Shown one piece after another: positions 34,381-45,325 of a stretch of 64,000 bases of DNA. The position numbers and the translations under genes are program-made. Origin of the DNA: Proteobacteria bacterium UBA6503 (GTDB lineage: Bacteria; Pseudomonadota; Alphaproteobacteria; UBA1280; UBA6503); NCBI GenBank assembly GCA_002436405.1, contig DJLZ01000005.1:265743-329742 (forward strand). Reading direction: 5' to 3'. Below the pieces are notes generated by a model. It saw only the letters and a list, made by a program, of their open reading frames with translations. It was not told where the DNA came from and did no database searches. Within the stretch, counting starts at the first letter, position 1; the number at the start of each line of letters is the position of its first letter.

Positions 34381-35967
34381 ATGCTGAACTTCCCACTTTG
34401 GAAAAAACTGATGGTTGGTGTCGTACTTGTTTGGAGTGTGCTTGCCGCACTACCAAACGTGCTAACACCTGCACAAATGGAAAACATGCCATCATTCATG
34501 CCAAGCAAAACCATTAACCTTGGTCTTGACCTTCAAGGTGGGGCGCACTTGGTTCTGCAAGTTGATATGGAAACTGCGCTTAAACAGTCATACGAAAAAA
34601 TGGAAGACGATGTTCGTGCTGCCCTTCGTGACCGTTCAAGCGGTACTCGTATTAACTACCGTGGCCTACGCTCAAACACTGAAACTGGTATTCACTTTAC
34701 TGTTCTTAACCCTGCGGATGTTCCAACGGTTAAAGAAAAGCTACACAGCGCCCTTACAGGCGTGTTTGTGCTAAACGAAGGGACAAATATTGCTGTGGCT
34801 TACACCCCAGAAGAACTTACAAAAATGCGTAAGCATGCTCTTGAGCAAACGCTTGAGATTTTGCGTATGCGTGTTGATGAGTTTGGTGTGTCTGAGCCGC
34901 TGATTCAGCGTCAGGGTGATGACCGTGTGATTATTGAGCTTCCAGGTGTAACTGATGTTAGCCGCGCGAAAGACATTATCGGTCGTACAGCGCAGCTAAC
35001 GTTCCACCTTGTTGACGAAAGCGCACGTGCTGGCCACCGTTTGCCAGCAGGTACAGGCGTGTTCTACGAACTTATTAAAGACGAAGCAGGCACCGTGCTT
35101 GATAAAGTGCCTTATTTCCTTGTTAAGCGCCCAGCACTAACAGGTGAAAACCTAAACAATGCAAGCTCAGCCTTTGACCAATACGGCAACCCAGTTGTAA
35201 GTATTACTTTTGACAGCCGTGGTACACGTAAGTTTGGCGATATGACCAAAGAAAACGTAGGCCGCCGCATGGCAATTGTACTTGATGGTAACGTTTACTC
35301 AGCCCCAGTACTGCGTGAGCCTATCCTTGGTGGTAAAGCGCAAATCTCAGGTAACTTTACAGTGACTGAAGCAAACGACCTTTCAACAGTTCTGCGTGCT
35401 GGTGCACTACCTGCGCCAATTAGCATTATTGAAGAGCGTACAGTAGGGCCATCACTTGGTGCAGACTCTATTGAAGCTGGTCGTATTGCAGTGGTTTACG
35501 GCTTTATTGCCGTGCTTATTCTGATGGCTATTTTCTACGGTGGTTTTGGTATGGCTGCAAACGTTGCATTGCTGTTTAACGTAGCGCTAATCCTTTCAGT
35601 GATGACATTCCTTGGTGCCACACTAACCTTGCCAGGTATCGCTGGTATTGTGTTGACCATTGGTATGGCAGTTGATGCGAACGTGCTTATTTTTGAGCGT
35701 ATCCGTGAAGAAACACAGCGTGGCCTAAGCCCAATGCTAGCTATTGATACGGGTTTCCGTTCTGCGTTCTTAACTATTTTGGACGCCAACATCACAACGC
35801 TAATTGCAGCGGTTGTTATGTTTGGTATGGGGTCAGGCCCCATTAAAGGTTTTGCGCTAACACTATCAGTAGGTATTTTGGCCTCAATGTTTACCGCTAT
35901 TTTGGTAACACGTTGGCAAATCCTTGCGTGGCTAATGCGTGCCCGTCCTAAAACACTAAAAGCTTAA
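34381..35967 (+). CDS. secD: Protein translocase subunit SecD
   Basis: 528 aa with a periplasmic domain and a 6-TM C-terminus. Confidence 0.9.
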   Translation: MLNFPLWKKLMVGVVLVWSVLAALPNVLTPAQMENMPSFMPSKTINLGLDLQGGAHLVLQVDMETALKQSYEKMEDDVRAALRDRSSGTRINYRGLRSNTETGIHFTVLNPADVPTVKEKLHSALTGVFVLNEGTNIAVAYTPEELTKMRKHALEQTLEILRMRVDEFGVSEPLIQRQGDDRVIIELPGVTDVSRAKDIIGRTAQLTFHLVDESARAGHRLPAGTGVFYELIKDEAGTVLDKVPYFLVKRPALTGENLNNASSAFDQYGNPVVSITFDSRGTRKFGDMTKENVGRRMAIVLDGNVYSAPVLREPILGGKAQISGNFTVTEANDLSTVLRAGALPAPISIIEERTVGPSLGADSIEAGRIAVVYGFIAVLILMAIFYGGFGMAANVALLFNVALILSVMTFLGATLTLPGIAGIVLTIGMAVDANVLIFERIREETQRGLSPMLAIDTGFRSAFLTILDANITTLIAAVVMFGMGSGPIKGFALTLSVGILASMFTAILVTRWQILAWLMRARPKTLKA

Positions 35968-35972
35968 TTGAA

Positions 35973-36929
35973 TTGGAGACTAGCAAAATGGCTTTGCGTC
36001 TTGTTCCGACAACTACAAACCTAAACTTCCTGCGTTGGCGCTTTTTGTGTGCGGCCGTATCACTTGTCCTGATTATTGTGACAGGCGCACTGCTTAGCAC
36101 GAAAGGCCTTAACTTCGGTATCGACTTTGCTGGCGGTACTTTGGTGCAGGTACAAATTGAAAAACCAACACCAGTCTCAGACATTCGTGGTGCCATGCAA
36201 CGCGCAGGCTGGGAAGGGCTTGTGATTCAAGAGTACGGCTCACCGAATGAGATTCTGATCCGTATGCCTGGTGATCTTCTGGATCCATCACAAGCAGGTA
36301 GCATTGCATCTGATATGTCAGAAGCTTTGGTACCAGTAGCGGGTGAAATTGAAGTTCGTCGTGTTGAATACGTTGGTCCGCAAATTGGTGACGAACTAAA
36401 GCGTAAGGGTTTGATGGCGATTATCCTTTCAGCCATTGCCATTCTGATTTACGTAAGTGTGCGATTTGAATTCCGCTTTGCGGTAGGTGCCGTTGTGGCG
36501 TTGATTCACGATATTGTGCTGACTGTAGGCCTATTCAGCTTTACGCAAAAAGAAATTTCAATGCCGGTACTGGCAGCACTTTTGACCATTATTGGTTACT
36601 CGCTGAACGATACCATTGTTGTGTTTGACCGTGTGCGTGAGAACATGCGCAAATTCAAGAAGAAGCAACTTACTGATGTGCTAAACCTTTCAGTAAACGA
36701 AATGCTAAACCGTACCCTAATGATGACCCTTACAACCTTGGTTGTATTGATTGCATTGTTTGTTTACGGCGGTGAAGTGATTCACGATTTTGCCTTCGCT
36801 TTGATTGTTGGTGTTGTTGTGGGTACATACTCTTCAACATACATCGCAGCACCTGTTGTTTTGTGGATGAATAACAAAAACAAAACAGCCGAACAGCAAG
36901 CGCTAGAAGAAGACGCAAATAACATTTAA
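35973..36929 (+). CDS. secF: Protein translocase subunit SecF
   Basis: 318 aa with the SecF TM pattern. The true start is possibly at MALRLV. Confidence 0.9.
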   Translation: METSKMALRLVPTTTNLNFLRWRFLCAAVSLVLIIVTGALLSTKGLNFGIDFAGGTLVQVQIEKPTPVSDIRGAMQRAGWEGLVIQEYGSPNEILIRMPGDLLDPSQAGSIASDMSEALVPVAGEIEVRRVEYVGPQIGDELKRKGLMAIILSAIAILIYVSVRFEFRFAVGAVVALIHDIVLTVGLFSFTQKEISMPVLAALLTIIGYSLNDTIVVFDRVRENMRKFKKKQLTDVLNLSVNEMLNRTLMMTLTTLVVLIALFVYGGEVIHDFAFALIVGVVVGTYSSTYIAAPVVLWMNNKNKTAEQQALEEDANNI

Positions 36930-36980
36930 TTAAGGAACTTTTTTTGTGGTAACATGTTGGGCATGGAAAAAGTGCTAACA

Positions 36981-37721
36981 ATGAAAAACATATCACGAAG
37001 AAATTTCATTGCGGCTACAGCGGCAACCACCGCGCTTATTGCAAGCGGGGGGAAGGTGGCTAAAGCCCAAACAAAGAAAAATAATAAACTTGTTAAGGAG
37101 CATTCGATGACTTACACCGTCCGCGAAGAACTTAAACCATCAAACCTAAACGGCATCAGCGCTGACCAAATCGAACAGCACTGGGGTCTATACAAAGGTT
37201 ACGTTGCACAATCAAACGGCCTTAAAAAAGAACTAGACGAGCTACGTGCTGCTGGCAAAGGTGACTCACCAGCTTACGCTGACCGTCGTCGTCGCTTCGG
37301 TTTTGAATTCTGCGGTATGACACTGCATGAATACTACTTCGGTAACCTAAAAGCTGACGTTAAAGAAGATTCAGCAAAGAACTTCAAAGAAGCTGTTGAA
37401 AAGCAGTGGGGCTCATTCGACGCCTGGAAAGAAGACTTTGCAAACGCTGGTAAAACACGTTCAATCGGTTGGGCTATCTGCTACATGGACCCAATGACTG
37501 GCGACATTAACAACCACTTCATTCAGCTACACGAAGAAGGCAACATCCCAGGTTACGAACCACTAGTGGTTATGGACGTTTGGGAACACGCCTACATGGT
37601 TGACCACGCCGCTTCAGGCCGTGGCGACTACATCAAGGCATTCTTTAGCAACATCGACTGGGACGCTGTTGAAGCGCGCCTACGCGACGCTAAAGCTAAA
37701 GCCGCTTCTAAGCGCTTTTAA
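36981..37721 (+). CDS. Fe/Mn superoxide dismutase-family protein with twin-arginine (Tat) signal peptide
   Basis: MKNISRRNFIAATAATTALIA is a Tat-type signal. The C-terminal DVWEHAYMVDH...YIKAFFSNIDWDAV matches the SOD C-terminal signature, and candidate metal-ligand His/Asp residues are present. Confidence 0.65.
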   Translation: MKNISRRNFIAATAATTALIASGGKVAKAQTKKNNKLVKEHSMTYTVREELKPSNLNGISADQIEQHWGLYKGYVAQSNGLKKELDELRAAGKGDSPAYADRRRRFGFEFCGMTLHEYYFGNLKADVKEDSAKNFKEAVEKQWGSFDAWKEDFANAGKTRSIGWAICYMDPMTGDINNHFIQLHEEGNIPGYEPLVVMDVWEHAYMVDHAASGRGDYIKAFFSNIDWDAVEARLRDAKAKAASKRF

Positions 37722-37735
37722 TCGGAAGCGATAGG

Positions 37736-38245
37736 ATGATGTGGGCTAAAGTAATTGGTCTTACAACAGCAGCAGGGCTATGCCTTGCTGCTGTTCCTGC
37801 TTATAGCATGGACAGCGAAACCATGACTGAAATCCGTCGTTTAGATCAGAACATGTCTGACCTAAACCGTAAGATGGAAAGCATCATGCGCGACATCCGT
37901 GAGCTACAGCGTGGTATCGATAAAATCGGTAAAGAGTCTTCGCTGGCTTCTAAAAACGCAGAAGAGACTTCAGACGCTTTAACCCGTACGCAAAACACTG
38001 ACATTGCAAACCTAGTGGCTGTTGATAAGCAAATTGCTCAACGCCTAAATGCCCTTGCAAAACACATGGAAGAGCAAACCCCTACCTGGAACTGGGGTAG
38101 CGAAACACGCTCATGTGATGATGTTGGTAAGCATCAGCAAATTCAATCAGTTCGCAGTGCTGATGGCCAGTTTACATTGCGCTACTTGTGCTTTGACGGT
38201 CGTCCGTTGCACCTAGGGACTGAAGTAAACCTACCTCCACAATAA
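37736..38245 (+). CDS. Secreted hypothetical protein (coiled-coil, two C-terminal Cys)
   Basis: 169 aa with a signal peptide LCLAAVPAYS. No recognisable family. Confidence 0.4.
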   Translation: MMWAKVIGLTTAAGLCLAAVPAYSMDSETMTEIRRLDQNMSDLNRKMESIMRDIRELQRGIDKIGKESSLASKNAEETSDALTRTQNTDIANLVAVDKQIAQRLNALAKHMEEQTPTWNWGSETRSCDDVGKHQQIQSVRSADGQFTLRYLCFDGRPLHLGTEVNLPPQ

Positions 38246-38260
38246 TAGGAGTCTTCAACA

Positions 38261-38752
38261 ATGACTGACGAAAACTACGTACACGAAGAAACGCAGCTCG
38301 ACTGGCTATACCAAAGCTTTGACGATCTTGACCGTCGTGACCTTTACGCCGCTTTGGCGCTTCGTCAGCATACATTTGTTGTTGAACAAAAACTAAACTA
38401 TCAAGACGCTGACTGGGAAGACCCATACGCCATGCACCTACTAGGTAAGGCCGAAGGCGAGCTTGTAGTGTACGGCCGCTTGTTTATGCCACACGAAGGT
38501 GAAGACCACGTGCGCATTGGCCGCATTGTAACTGCACCGGCTTTCCGTGGTGAAGGCTTTGGTGATCAGTTAATGCATAAGCTATTTGATATCATCGAAG
38601 AAAAAGTAGGCTCATGCCGTGTTGTTCTGTCTTCACAGGTTTCAATGCAGAAGTTCTACGAGAAATACGGTTTCCAAGCCCACGGCGATACCTACCTCGA
38701 AGCGGGCACTCCGCACGTGCGGATGGTTCGTATGTTGGCAAAGGCTGCATAA
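38261..38752 (+). CDS. GNAT-family N-acetyltransferase (ElaA-like)
   Basis: 163 aa with an acetyl-CoA binding motif IVTAPAFRGEGFGDQLM. Confidence 0.75.
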   Translation: MTDENYVHEETQLDWLYQSFDDLDRRDLYAALALRQHTFVVEQKLNYQDADWEDPYAMHLLGKAEGELVVYGRLFMPHEGEDHVRIGRIVTAPAFRGEGFGDQLMHKLFDIIEEKVGSCRVVLSSQVSMQKFYEKYGFQAHGDTYLEAGTPHVRMVRMLAKAA

Positions 38753-38756
38753 TTTA

Positions 38757-38784
38757 AAAGCCCCCAGTCGGGGGCTTTTTTTAT
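38757..38784. terminator. Terminator after the GNAT gene
   Basis: aaaagccccc-agtc-gggggctttttttatg. Confidence 0.6.
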
Positions 38785-39356
38785 GCTGCCGCACTTGCTG
38801 CTGAAATATCTGAGATGACTCTATCAACACGGTCTTCAACACTGCCTTCAAGGAAGGTGTAGCTTACGCCGTATTCTGAAAGTAAGCCTTTTAGGTGGGC
38901 ATCAAAGTCGATGGCTTGAGCTTCGGTATGGAAGCGGATGCCATTATCTTCGTACGGAAATTCTCGGCTAAGGAAGTACAGATGGTCGTAGTTCTTAGCG
39001 TCTTCTTTAAAAAGTGTTTGTAGGTCTTTAAACAAAAGCTGTTGGCGCTCACAGTATTCGCTGGCGCACTTTTGCATGGCATACGCATAACCCAACAGAA
39101 GAGGGGCATCGGTCACAACAACGTCGTGCTTGCTCATCATCTCAAGCTCGCGGCGGCGCTGCATAAAGTTAAAGCGAAACTGTTCGTAAACCAAGTGCTC
39201 TTGCGAGGGGATGCCGTTCACGGGAATATCATCAGTCACAAACTCACGGCACCAGCCAGCGTTATGGCCTTGCTGTTGCAGGTTATCATGTAGGGCGGTA
39301 CAAATGGTGGTCTTGCCTGTGCAAGGCCCGCCAAGAAAGCCAATAAGTTTCGCCAT
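38781..39356 (-). CDS. P-loop NTPase (AAA_28/NadR-NRK-like kinase or ATPase)
   Basis: MAKLIGFLGGPCTGKTT Walker A. The start is taken at MAKLIG to avoid overlap with trmFO. Confidence 0.45.
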   Translation of the reverse strand: MAKLIGFLGGPCTGKTTICTALHDNLQQQGHNAGWCREFVTDDIPVNGIPSQEHLVYEQFRFNFMQRRRELEMMSKHDVVVTDAPLLLGYAYAMQKCASEYCERQQLLFKDLQTLFKEDAKNYDHLYFLSREFPYEDNGIRFHTEAQAIDFDAHLKGLLSEYGVSYTFLEGSVEDRVDRVISDISAASAAA

Positions 39357-39379
39357 ATTTCCCCCGTGATTATAAATGT

Positions 39380-40735
39380 TTACGCCGCAGATTTTGTTTT
39401 CTGAGGTTTTACATTTTCTAACCAAGTGGCAATGTCTGTCAAGGCGCGTTTACCATAAAGTGCTTTACGCTCTTTTTTGCTGTGCTTAAAGCCAAGCTCA
39501 GGCAATAGGCCGTAGTTGATATTCATCGGCTGGAATGTCTTTGCATCGGCACCGCCGGTAATGTGGCTAAGTAGTGCGCCAAGCATTGTGGTGTTTGGTG
39601 GTGGGGTGATTGCGTCGCCGTTAAGTTCGTGCGCAAACAGAATACCCGCAAGGGCACCCATGGCTGTGCTTTCAACGTAGCCTTCAACACCTGATACTTG
39701 CCCAGCAACACGCACATTAGGGCGTGCCTTTAGGCGCATCACTTCATCAAGCAAGGTTGGTGAGTTAATAAAGGTGTTTTTGTGGATAACGCCATAGCGC
39801 ACAATCTCAGCGTTCTCGAGGCCTGGGATTGTTTTGAAAATACGCTTTTGCTCGCCCCATTTCATGCGGGTTTGGAAGCCCACCATGTTGTAAAGGGTGC
39901 CAAGCTTGTTATCTTGGCGCAGCTGTACGACAGCGTAGGCCTTTTCGTCAGGCTTGTGTTTGTTGGTAAGGCCACGTGGCTTCATTGGGCCATAGCGTAG
40001 GGTTTCAACGCCGCGTTCTGCCATAACTTCAATCGGTAGGCACGCTTCAAAGTATGGGACATTGGCATCTTCTGGGTTGTGGCCAATGCTTTGCTCGGCT
40101 TTAACAATAGCGTCAACAAACTCAAAGTATTGTTCTTTGGTCATTGGGCAGTTGATGTAGTCGCTGCCGTCGCCTTTGTCGTAGCGGCTTTGCATCCAAG
40201 CAACGTCCATATCAATGGTATCGGCTTGAACGATTGGGGCAACAGCATCAAAGAATGATAGATGCTCGTCCGCCTCGGTAATTTCAATCAGGTGCTGGGC
40301 AAGGTCGCTGGTTGTTAGTGGACCTGTTGCTAGAATTACAGGAACATCAGTCGGCAGCTCAGTAATTTCTTCGTGCTTAATTTCAATTAGTGGGTGGGCT
40401 TGAAGGGCTGCGGTGACTGACTCTGAGAACATATCACGGTCAACAGCAAAGGCACCGCCTGCAGGAACGCGGGCTTTTTCACCGCACTGCATAATAAGGC
40501 TATCAATCTTGCGCAGTTCTTCGTGTAGCACGCCTACGGCGTTCTTTTCAATGTCGCCACCACGGAACGAGTTTGAGCATACAAGCTCAGCACAGTTACC
40601 TGTTTTGTGTACGGCTGTTTTAACCTTAGGTCGCATCTCATGGATAATCACGTTAATGCCACGGTTTGCAAGTTGCCAAGCCGCTTCACTGCCGGCAAGG
40701 CCGCCACCAATAATGTAAACAGTTTTATTTTCCAT
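39380..40735 (-). CDS. trmFO: Methylenetetrahydrofolate--tRNA-(U54)-methyltransferase TrmFO
   Basis: 451 aa with an FAD-binding [11 protein letters not shown]-terminus and TrmFO/Gid family length and motifs. Confidence 0.9.
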   Translation of the reverse strand: MENKTVYIIGGGLAGSEAAWQLANRGINVIIHEMRPKVKTAVHKTGNCAELVCSNSFRGGDIEKNAVGVLHEELRKIDSLIMQCGEKARVPAGGAFAVDRDMFSESVTAALQAHPLIEIKHEEITELPTDVPVILATGPLTTSDLAQHLIEITEADEHLSFFDAVAPIVQADTIDMDVAWMQSRYDKGDGSDYINCPMTKEQYFEFVDAIVKAEQSIGHNPEDANVPYFEACLPIEVMAERGVETLRYGPMKPRGLTNKHKPDEKAYAVVQLRQDNKLGTLYNMVGFQTRMKWGEQKRIFKTIPGLENAEIVRYGVIHKNTFINSPTLLDEVMRLKARPNVRVAGQVSGVEGYVESTAMGALAGILFAHELNGDAITPPPNTTMLGALLSHITGGADAKTFQPMNINYGLLPELGFKHSKKERKALYGKRALTDIATWLENVKPQKTKSAA

Positions 40736-41792
40736 GAGTTTTAGTCCTTACTTTCATAAAAATAGGGTAGAGGATGGGTGCAAATGTAAACACCAGCATT
40801 GCTCTAAACAGTGCGTGGGTTGTAACAAAACCTACGTCAATATTCAAGGCTAATGCGATGAGGCACATCTCAATCATGCCGCCGGGTACAAACCCAAGCA
40901 TGATGCCATAAAACGGTAAGCCCGTCATGCGCCATAGTACCCATGCAAAGAGTACGGCTAACCCAATAAAGATAACCGAAAGCGCCATGCTCGGCACAAA
41001 AAGTGCTTTAATGCGGCGCAAACTGTAGCCTGAGAATCGTGTACCAAGGCTACAGCCCACAACAATCTGAGCAAACACAACCAGTACAAATGGTGGTTGG
41101 GCGGTTGTCCAGCCCATGTAGTGGAAGATACCACTAATCACCAAAGGGCCAGTTAGTGCGTGCGCTGGCAGCTTTACCCACTTGCCACCGTAGTAACCAA
41201 AGAGGGCGGCTGCAATCAGCAAGCCAGCATCAATAAGGCTAAGCTCAAGCAGGCCACCTGTCGACTGCGACATGTTGGCGCCTGTATAGCCTTCAAAAAT
41301 ACGGAAGTATAGTGGTACAAATATAACAATGAGGAGCACACGCATGGTGTGCAGCACCATAACGGCACGGTCATCACCGCCACGCTCACGGGCCATGATT
41401 GACATTTCAAGCAGACCACCCGCAGTGCCGCCAAAGTAGCGGGTCGCAAAGTTATGCTTTGACATTAAAAACTTTAAAACGGCCTGACTACATAGAAGCT
41501 GCGTAAAGACCAAAACTAACACCCCTAAAAGTGTAATGGTCCAACCGCTAATGGTCGAAGCTGATCCCGCCTGAAACCCACTACCAAGCAATACACCTAA
41601 AACAGCAAGCATCGCTTGACGAAAGTTAACGGGAATAACTAACTTTAGGTGCCCCCATAATGAGAGGCCTGCAATACAAATAAGGCTGCCCAAAATCCAG
41701 GGCAGGGGCATTGTGAAAAAGTAAAGTACAACACCACCCACAAACCCCAATATTAGGGTTAGGAAGATACTGCTGACCTTACTCATGCTCAT
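40725..41792 (-). CDS. AbrB-duplication family membrane protein (putative transporter)
   Basis: 355 aa, highly hydrophobic polytopic protein with an internal duplication. Confidence 0.5.
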   Translation of the reverse strand: MSMSKVSSIFLTLILGFVGGVVLYFFTMPLPWILGSLICIAGLSLWGHLKLVIPVNFRQAMLAVLGVLLGSGFQAGSASTISGWTITLLGVLVLVFTQLLCSQAVLKFLMSKHNFATRYFGGTAGGLLEMSIMARERGGDDRAVMVLHTMRVLLIVIFVPLYFRIFEGYTGANMSQSTGGLLELSLIDAGLLIAAALFGYYGGKWVKLPAHALTGPLVISGIFHYMGWTTAQPPFVLVVFAQIVVGCSLGTRFSGYSLRRIKALFVPSMALSVIFIGLAVLFAWVLWRMTGLPFYGIMLGFVPGGMIEMCLIALALNIDVGFVTTHALFRAMLVFTFAPILYPIFMKVRTKTHGK

Positions 41793-44662
41793 TAGGCGGT
41801 CTTCTTCGTCTTGCTATCAAGCAGCGGCTTTAGGTAACGGCCTGTGTGGCTGGTTTTGTGAGCGGCTACATCTTCGGGTGTGCCCGCAACCATAACGGTA
41901 CCGCCAGCGTCGCCACCTTCAGGGCCCATGTCTACAATCCAGTCGGCTGTTTTAATAACGTCAAGGTTATGCTCAATCACAACCATTGTATTGCCGTCAT
42001 CCACAAGTTTATGTAGGGCTTTAAGCAGCACGTCAATATCGTGGAAGTGTAGGCCTGTTGTAGGCTCATCCAAGATGTAAAGCGTGTTACCTGTGGCACG
42101 TTTTGCCAGTTCTTTGGCAAGCTTAATACGCTGTGCTTCACCACCTGATAGGGTAGTGGCTGACTGCCCAAGGCGAATGTAGCTTAGGCCAACGTCCATT
42201 AGTGTAGATAGGCGCTTTTTAATCGCAGGGATGTCTTGGAAGAAGTTCAAAGCATCTTCAACTGTCATATCCAGTACGTCGGCGATTGATTTATCGCGGT
42301 AGGTAATCTCAAGGGTTTCACGGTTGTAGCGCTTACCCTTACAAACGTCACACTGTACGTAAACATCAGCAAGGAAGTGCATTTCAACCTTAATCAGGCC
42401 GTCGCCTTCGCAAGCCTCACAGCGGCCACCTTTAACGTTGAATGAGAAACGCCCCGGCTTATAACCACGGGCTTTGGCTTCAGGTAGGCCCACAAACCAA
42501 TCGCGGATAGGGCTCATCACGCCTGTGTAAGTGGCAGGATTTGAGCGTGGCGTACGACCGATTGGTGATTGATCAATTTCAATAATCTTATCTAGCTGGT
42601 CGGTGCCTTCAATCTTAGTGTGCTTACCAATCTCTTTCACCTTTAGGCCCATTTGGTGAGCCACGCCATTGTGCAATGTATCAAGCGTCAGGGTTGACTT
42701 GCCTGAGCCTGATACACCTGTTACACATGTAAGCGCATTCAGCGGGAATGACGCATCAACATTTTTCAGGTTGTTAGAAGTTGCGCCCTTAAGGTGTAGG
42801 GCATGTTTTTTAATATCAACCTTGCGGCGTTTTTCAGGCACAGCAATGCTGCGCTTACCTGATAAGAACTGCCCTGTGATTGACTTAGGCTCGGCTAGAA
42901 TATCTTCAACTTTACCTTCGGCCACAACTTCACCGCCAGTTTCACCAGCGCCTGGGCCCATATCGATTACCCAGTCAGCGGTACGGATAGCGTCTTCGTC
43001 GTGTTCAACTACGATAATAGTGTTATCCAAGTCGCGAAGGTTCTTCAGGCTTTCAAGCAGGCGGTCATTATCACGTTGGTGCAGGCCGATTGAAGGCTCA
43101 TCCAATACGTATAGAACACCCGTTAGGCCTGAGCCAATTTGCGAGGCCAAGCGAATACGCTGTGACTCCCCACCAGATAGCGTGCCTGACTTACGTGCTA
43201 GGCTTAGGTAGCCAAGACCCACATGCTCCAAAAAGCCAAGGCGGGCGTTAATCTCTTTTAAAATAGGTTTGGCAATGTCTTGGTTTTTGCCTTTAAGGCG
43301 GCCACCCATATCGGCAAAGTGTTCAACACACTCATGGATAGGGATGTTGTTTACGTGGGCAATGTTTTTGCCATCTACCAATACATGGAGTGCGTCTTTG
43401 TTCAAACGGTCACCCTTACAGCTTGGGCAGGCTGACTGACTACGGAACTGTGAAAGTTCATCACGCTGCCAAGGGTAGCGTGCCGTGCGCCAGCGGTATT
43501 CAAGCTGAGGGATAAGCCCTTTAAATTTACGCTTAATCTTGCGGCCGCTACGGGCGGTATCTTCAAGTACAATAGCAACGTCACCTGTGCCATACATCAG
43601 GGCTTCTTGGGCACCTTTACTTAGTGTGTTGTAGGTTTTGTTTTGGTTAAAACCCATTTCTTTTGAAAGTGTTACAAGGGTTTCTTCTTGTAAGTCATTA
43701 AGAATATCACCCCAAGGGATAATACCCCCAGCGTTTAGCGGTTTATCGGGGTCAATAATCAAATCAGGGTTAAAGAAAACCACTTGGCCAAGGCCGTCAC
43801 AGGTTTGGCAAGCACCATATGGGCTGTTGAATGAGAATGTGCGTGGCTCAAGTTCGGCAATGGTATGGCCACATTTGGCACAGGCATATTTTTCTGAGAA
43901 TGTAAGCGCTTCAGGCAGCTCTTCATCGCCTTTTGCTACAGGCTCGGCCATGGCCATGCCATCTGCTAGTTTAAGCGCAGTTTCGAGTGATTCTGCCAAT
44001 CGGCCAGCAGCGTCTGGGCGCACAACCAAACGGTCAACGATGATATCGATGGTGTGCTTTAGGTTCTTGTTAAGTTCAGGTGTATCGCCAATGTCGTAAA
44101 CTTCGTCATTAATACGTACACGGGTAAAACCTTTTTTCTGCCATTCAAGCAGCTCTTTTTTATACTCACCCTTACGGCCACGGATAACAGGGGCAACCAG
44201 CTGTAGGCGTGTGCCTTCAGGCCATTCAAGAATAGCATCAACCATCTGGCTAACGGTTTGGGCTGAAATTGGTGTTTTGTGCGTTGGGCAGTGCGGGATA
44301 CCTGTTTGCGCATAAAGCAGACGCAGGTAGTCGTGCACTTCAGTAATGGTGCCCACAGTTGAGCGTGGGTTTTTGCTGGTGGTTTTTTGATCAATCGCAA
44401 TCGCTGGTGAAAGGCCTTCAATACTATCAACCTTAGGCTTGTTTGATAGGTTAAGGAATTGGCGTGCATAGGCCGAAAGACTCTCAACAAATCGGCGCTG
44501 ACCTTCAGCGTAAATGGTATCAAATGCCAACGAAGATTTACCCGAGCCTGAAAGGCCCGTAATCACTGTTAAGGTTTGTTTTGGGATGTCGATCGAAACA
44601 TTTTTAAGGTTATGTTCGCCCGCACCGCGGATTTTAATATGACTTACCGTGCTATTTGCCAC
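41792..44662 (-). CDS. uvrA: Excinuclease ABC subunit A
   Basis: 956 aa with two ABC ATPase modules (GLSGSGKSSL, GVSGSGKSTL) and zinc fingers. Confidence 0.95.
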   Translation of the reverse strand: MANSTVSHIKIRGAGEHNLKNVSIDIPKQTLTVITGLSGSGKSSLAFDTIYAEGQRRFVESLSAYARQFLNLSNKPKVDSIEGLSPAIAIDQKTTSKNPRSTVGTITEVHDYLRLLYAQTGIPHCPTHKTPISAQTVSQMVDAILEWPEGTRLQLVAPVIRGRKGEYKKELLEWQKKGFTRVRINDEVYDIGDTPELNKNLKHTIDIIVDRLVVRPDAAGRLAESLETALKLADGMAMAEPVAKGDEELPEALTFSEKYACAKCGHTIAELEPRTFSFNSPYGACQTCDGLGQVVFFNPDLIIDPDKPLNAGGIIPWGDILNDLQEETLVTLSKEMGFNQNKTYNTLSKGAQEALMYGTGDVAIVLEDTARSGRKIKRKFKGLIPQLEYRWRTARYPWQRDELSQFRSQSACPSCKGDRLNKDALHVLVDGKNIAHVNNIPIHECVEHFADMGGRLKGKNQDIAKPILKEINARLGFLEHVGLGYLSLARKSGTLSGGESQRIRLASQIGSGLTGVLYVLDEPSIGLHQRDNDRLLESLKNLRDLDNTIIVVEHDEDAIRTADWVIDMGPGAGETGGEVVAEGKVEDILAEPKSITGQFLSGKRSIAVPEKRRKVDIKKHALHLKGATSNNLKNVDASFPLNALTCVTGVSGSGKSTLTLDTLHNGVAHQMGLKVKEIGKHTKIEGTDQLDKIIEIDQSPIGRTPRSNPATYTGVMSPIRDWFVGLPEAKARGYKPGRFSFNVKGGRCEACEGDGLIKVEMHFLADVYVQCDVCKGKRYNRETLEITYRDKSIADVLDMTVEDALNFFQDIPAIKKRLSTLMDVGLSYIRLGQSATTLSGGEAQRIKLAKELAKRATGNTLYILDEPTTGLHFHDIDVLLKALHKLVDDGNTMVVIEHNLDVIKTADWIVDMGPEGGDAGGTVMVAGTPEDVAAHKTSHTGRYLKPLLDSKTKKTA

Positions 44663-44803
44663 AGGATTTCACCGTCTAATTGTAGATTTTAATTGGCTTT
44701 CTTGATATACGCAGTTATAAAGGTACGCAGCTAAAACTTCAATGGTTACAGTTGATGTTTTAGTTTTTATTTTAAAGTACAGAATTCTGAGAGAGGGAAT
44801 ACA

Positions 44804-45280
44804 ATGGCAGGCAGCTTGAACAAAGTAACACTAATCGGTAACTTGGGTCGTGACCCTGAAGTTCGTTACACTAACGACAACCGTCCAATTGCCAACCTTA
44901 CTCTTGCAACCAGCGAATCTTGGAAAGACCAATCAGGTCAAAAACAAGAGAAAACCGAATGGCACCGTATTGTGATTTTCGGTAACCTTGCTGATGTTGT
45001 TCAAAAATACCTTAAAAAAGGTGACAGCGTTTACTTTGAAGGTAAGCTTCAAACTCGTAAATGGACTGACCAATCAGGCCAAGAGAAATACACAACTGAA
45101 GTTGTTGTAGATCGTGGCGGCACCATGGTTATGCTTGGTAAAGGTGGTAGTGCAGGCGCTTCAGGCGGCGATAACTACAACTACAACCAAGACGCTGGCG
45201 CTGGCCAAATGAGCGGTGGCGCTACATCTAAGCCAGCTGTTAGCGAAGACACAGCTTTCGACGACGATATCCCATTCTAG
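44804..45280 (+). CDS. ssb: Single-stranded DNA-binding protein
   Basis: An OB fold, a Gly-rich linker and an acidic DDDIPF tail. It is divergent from uvrA. Confidence 0.9.
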   Translation: MAGSLNKVTLIGNLGRDPEVRYTNDNRPIANLTLATSESWKDQSGQKQEKTEWHRIVIFGNLADVVQKYLKKGDSVYFEGKLQTRKWTDQSGQEKYTTEVVVDRGGTMVMLGKGGSAGASGGDNYNYNQDAGAGQMSGGATSKPAVSEDTAFDDDIPF

Positions 45281-45325
45281 GCCTAAGATTAGGGCGACCT
45301 ATCTTAACCCTTTAGGTTTTGTGAA

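Noticed and set aside
44663-44803. Candidate alphaproteobacterial SOS box (GTTC-N7-GTTC) in the uvrA-ssb divergent intergenic region
   Set aside because: The closest match is only GTTAcagttgaTGTT (44749-44763), which has neither GTTC half-site intact. I cannot support a LexA site from this sequence alone.
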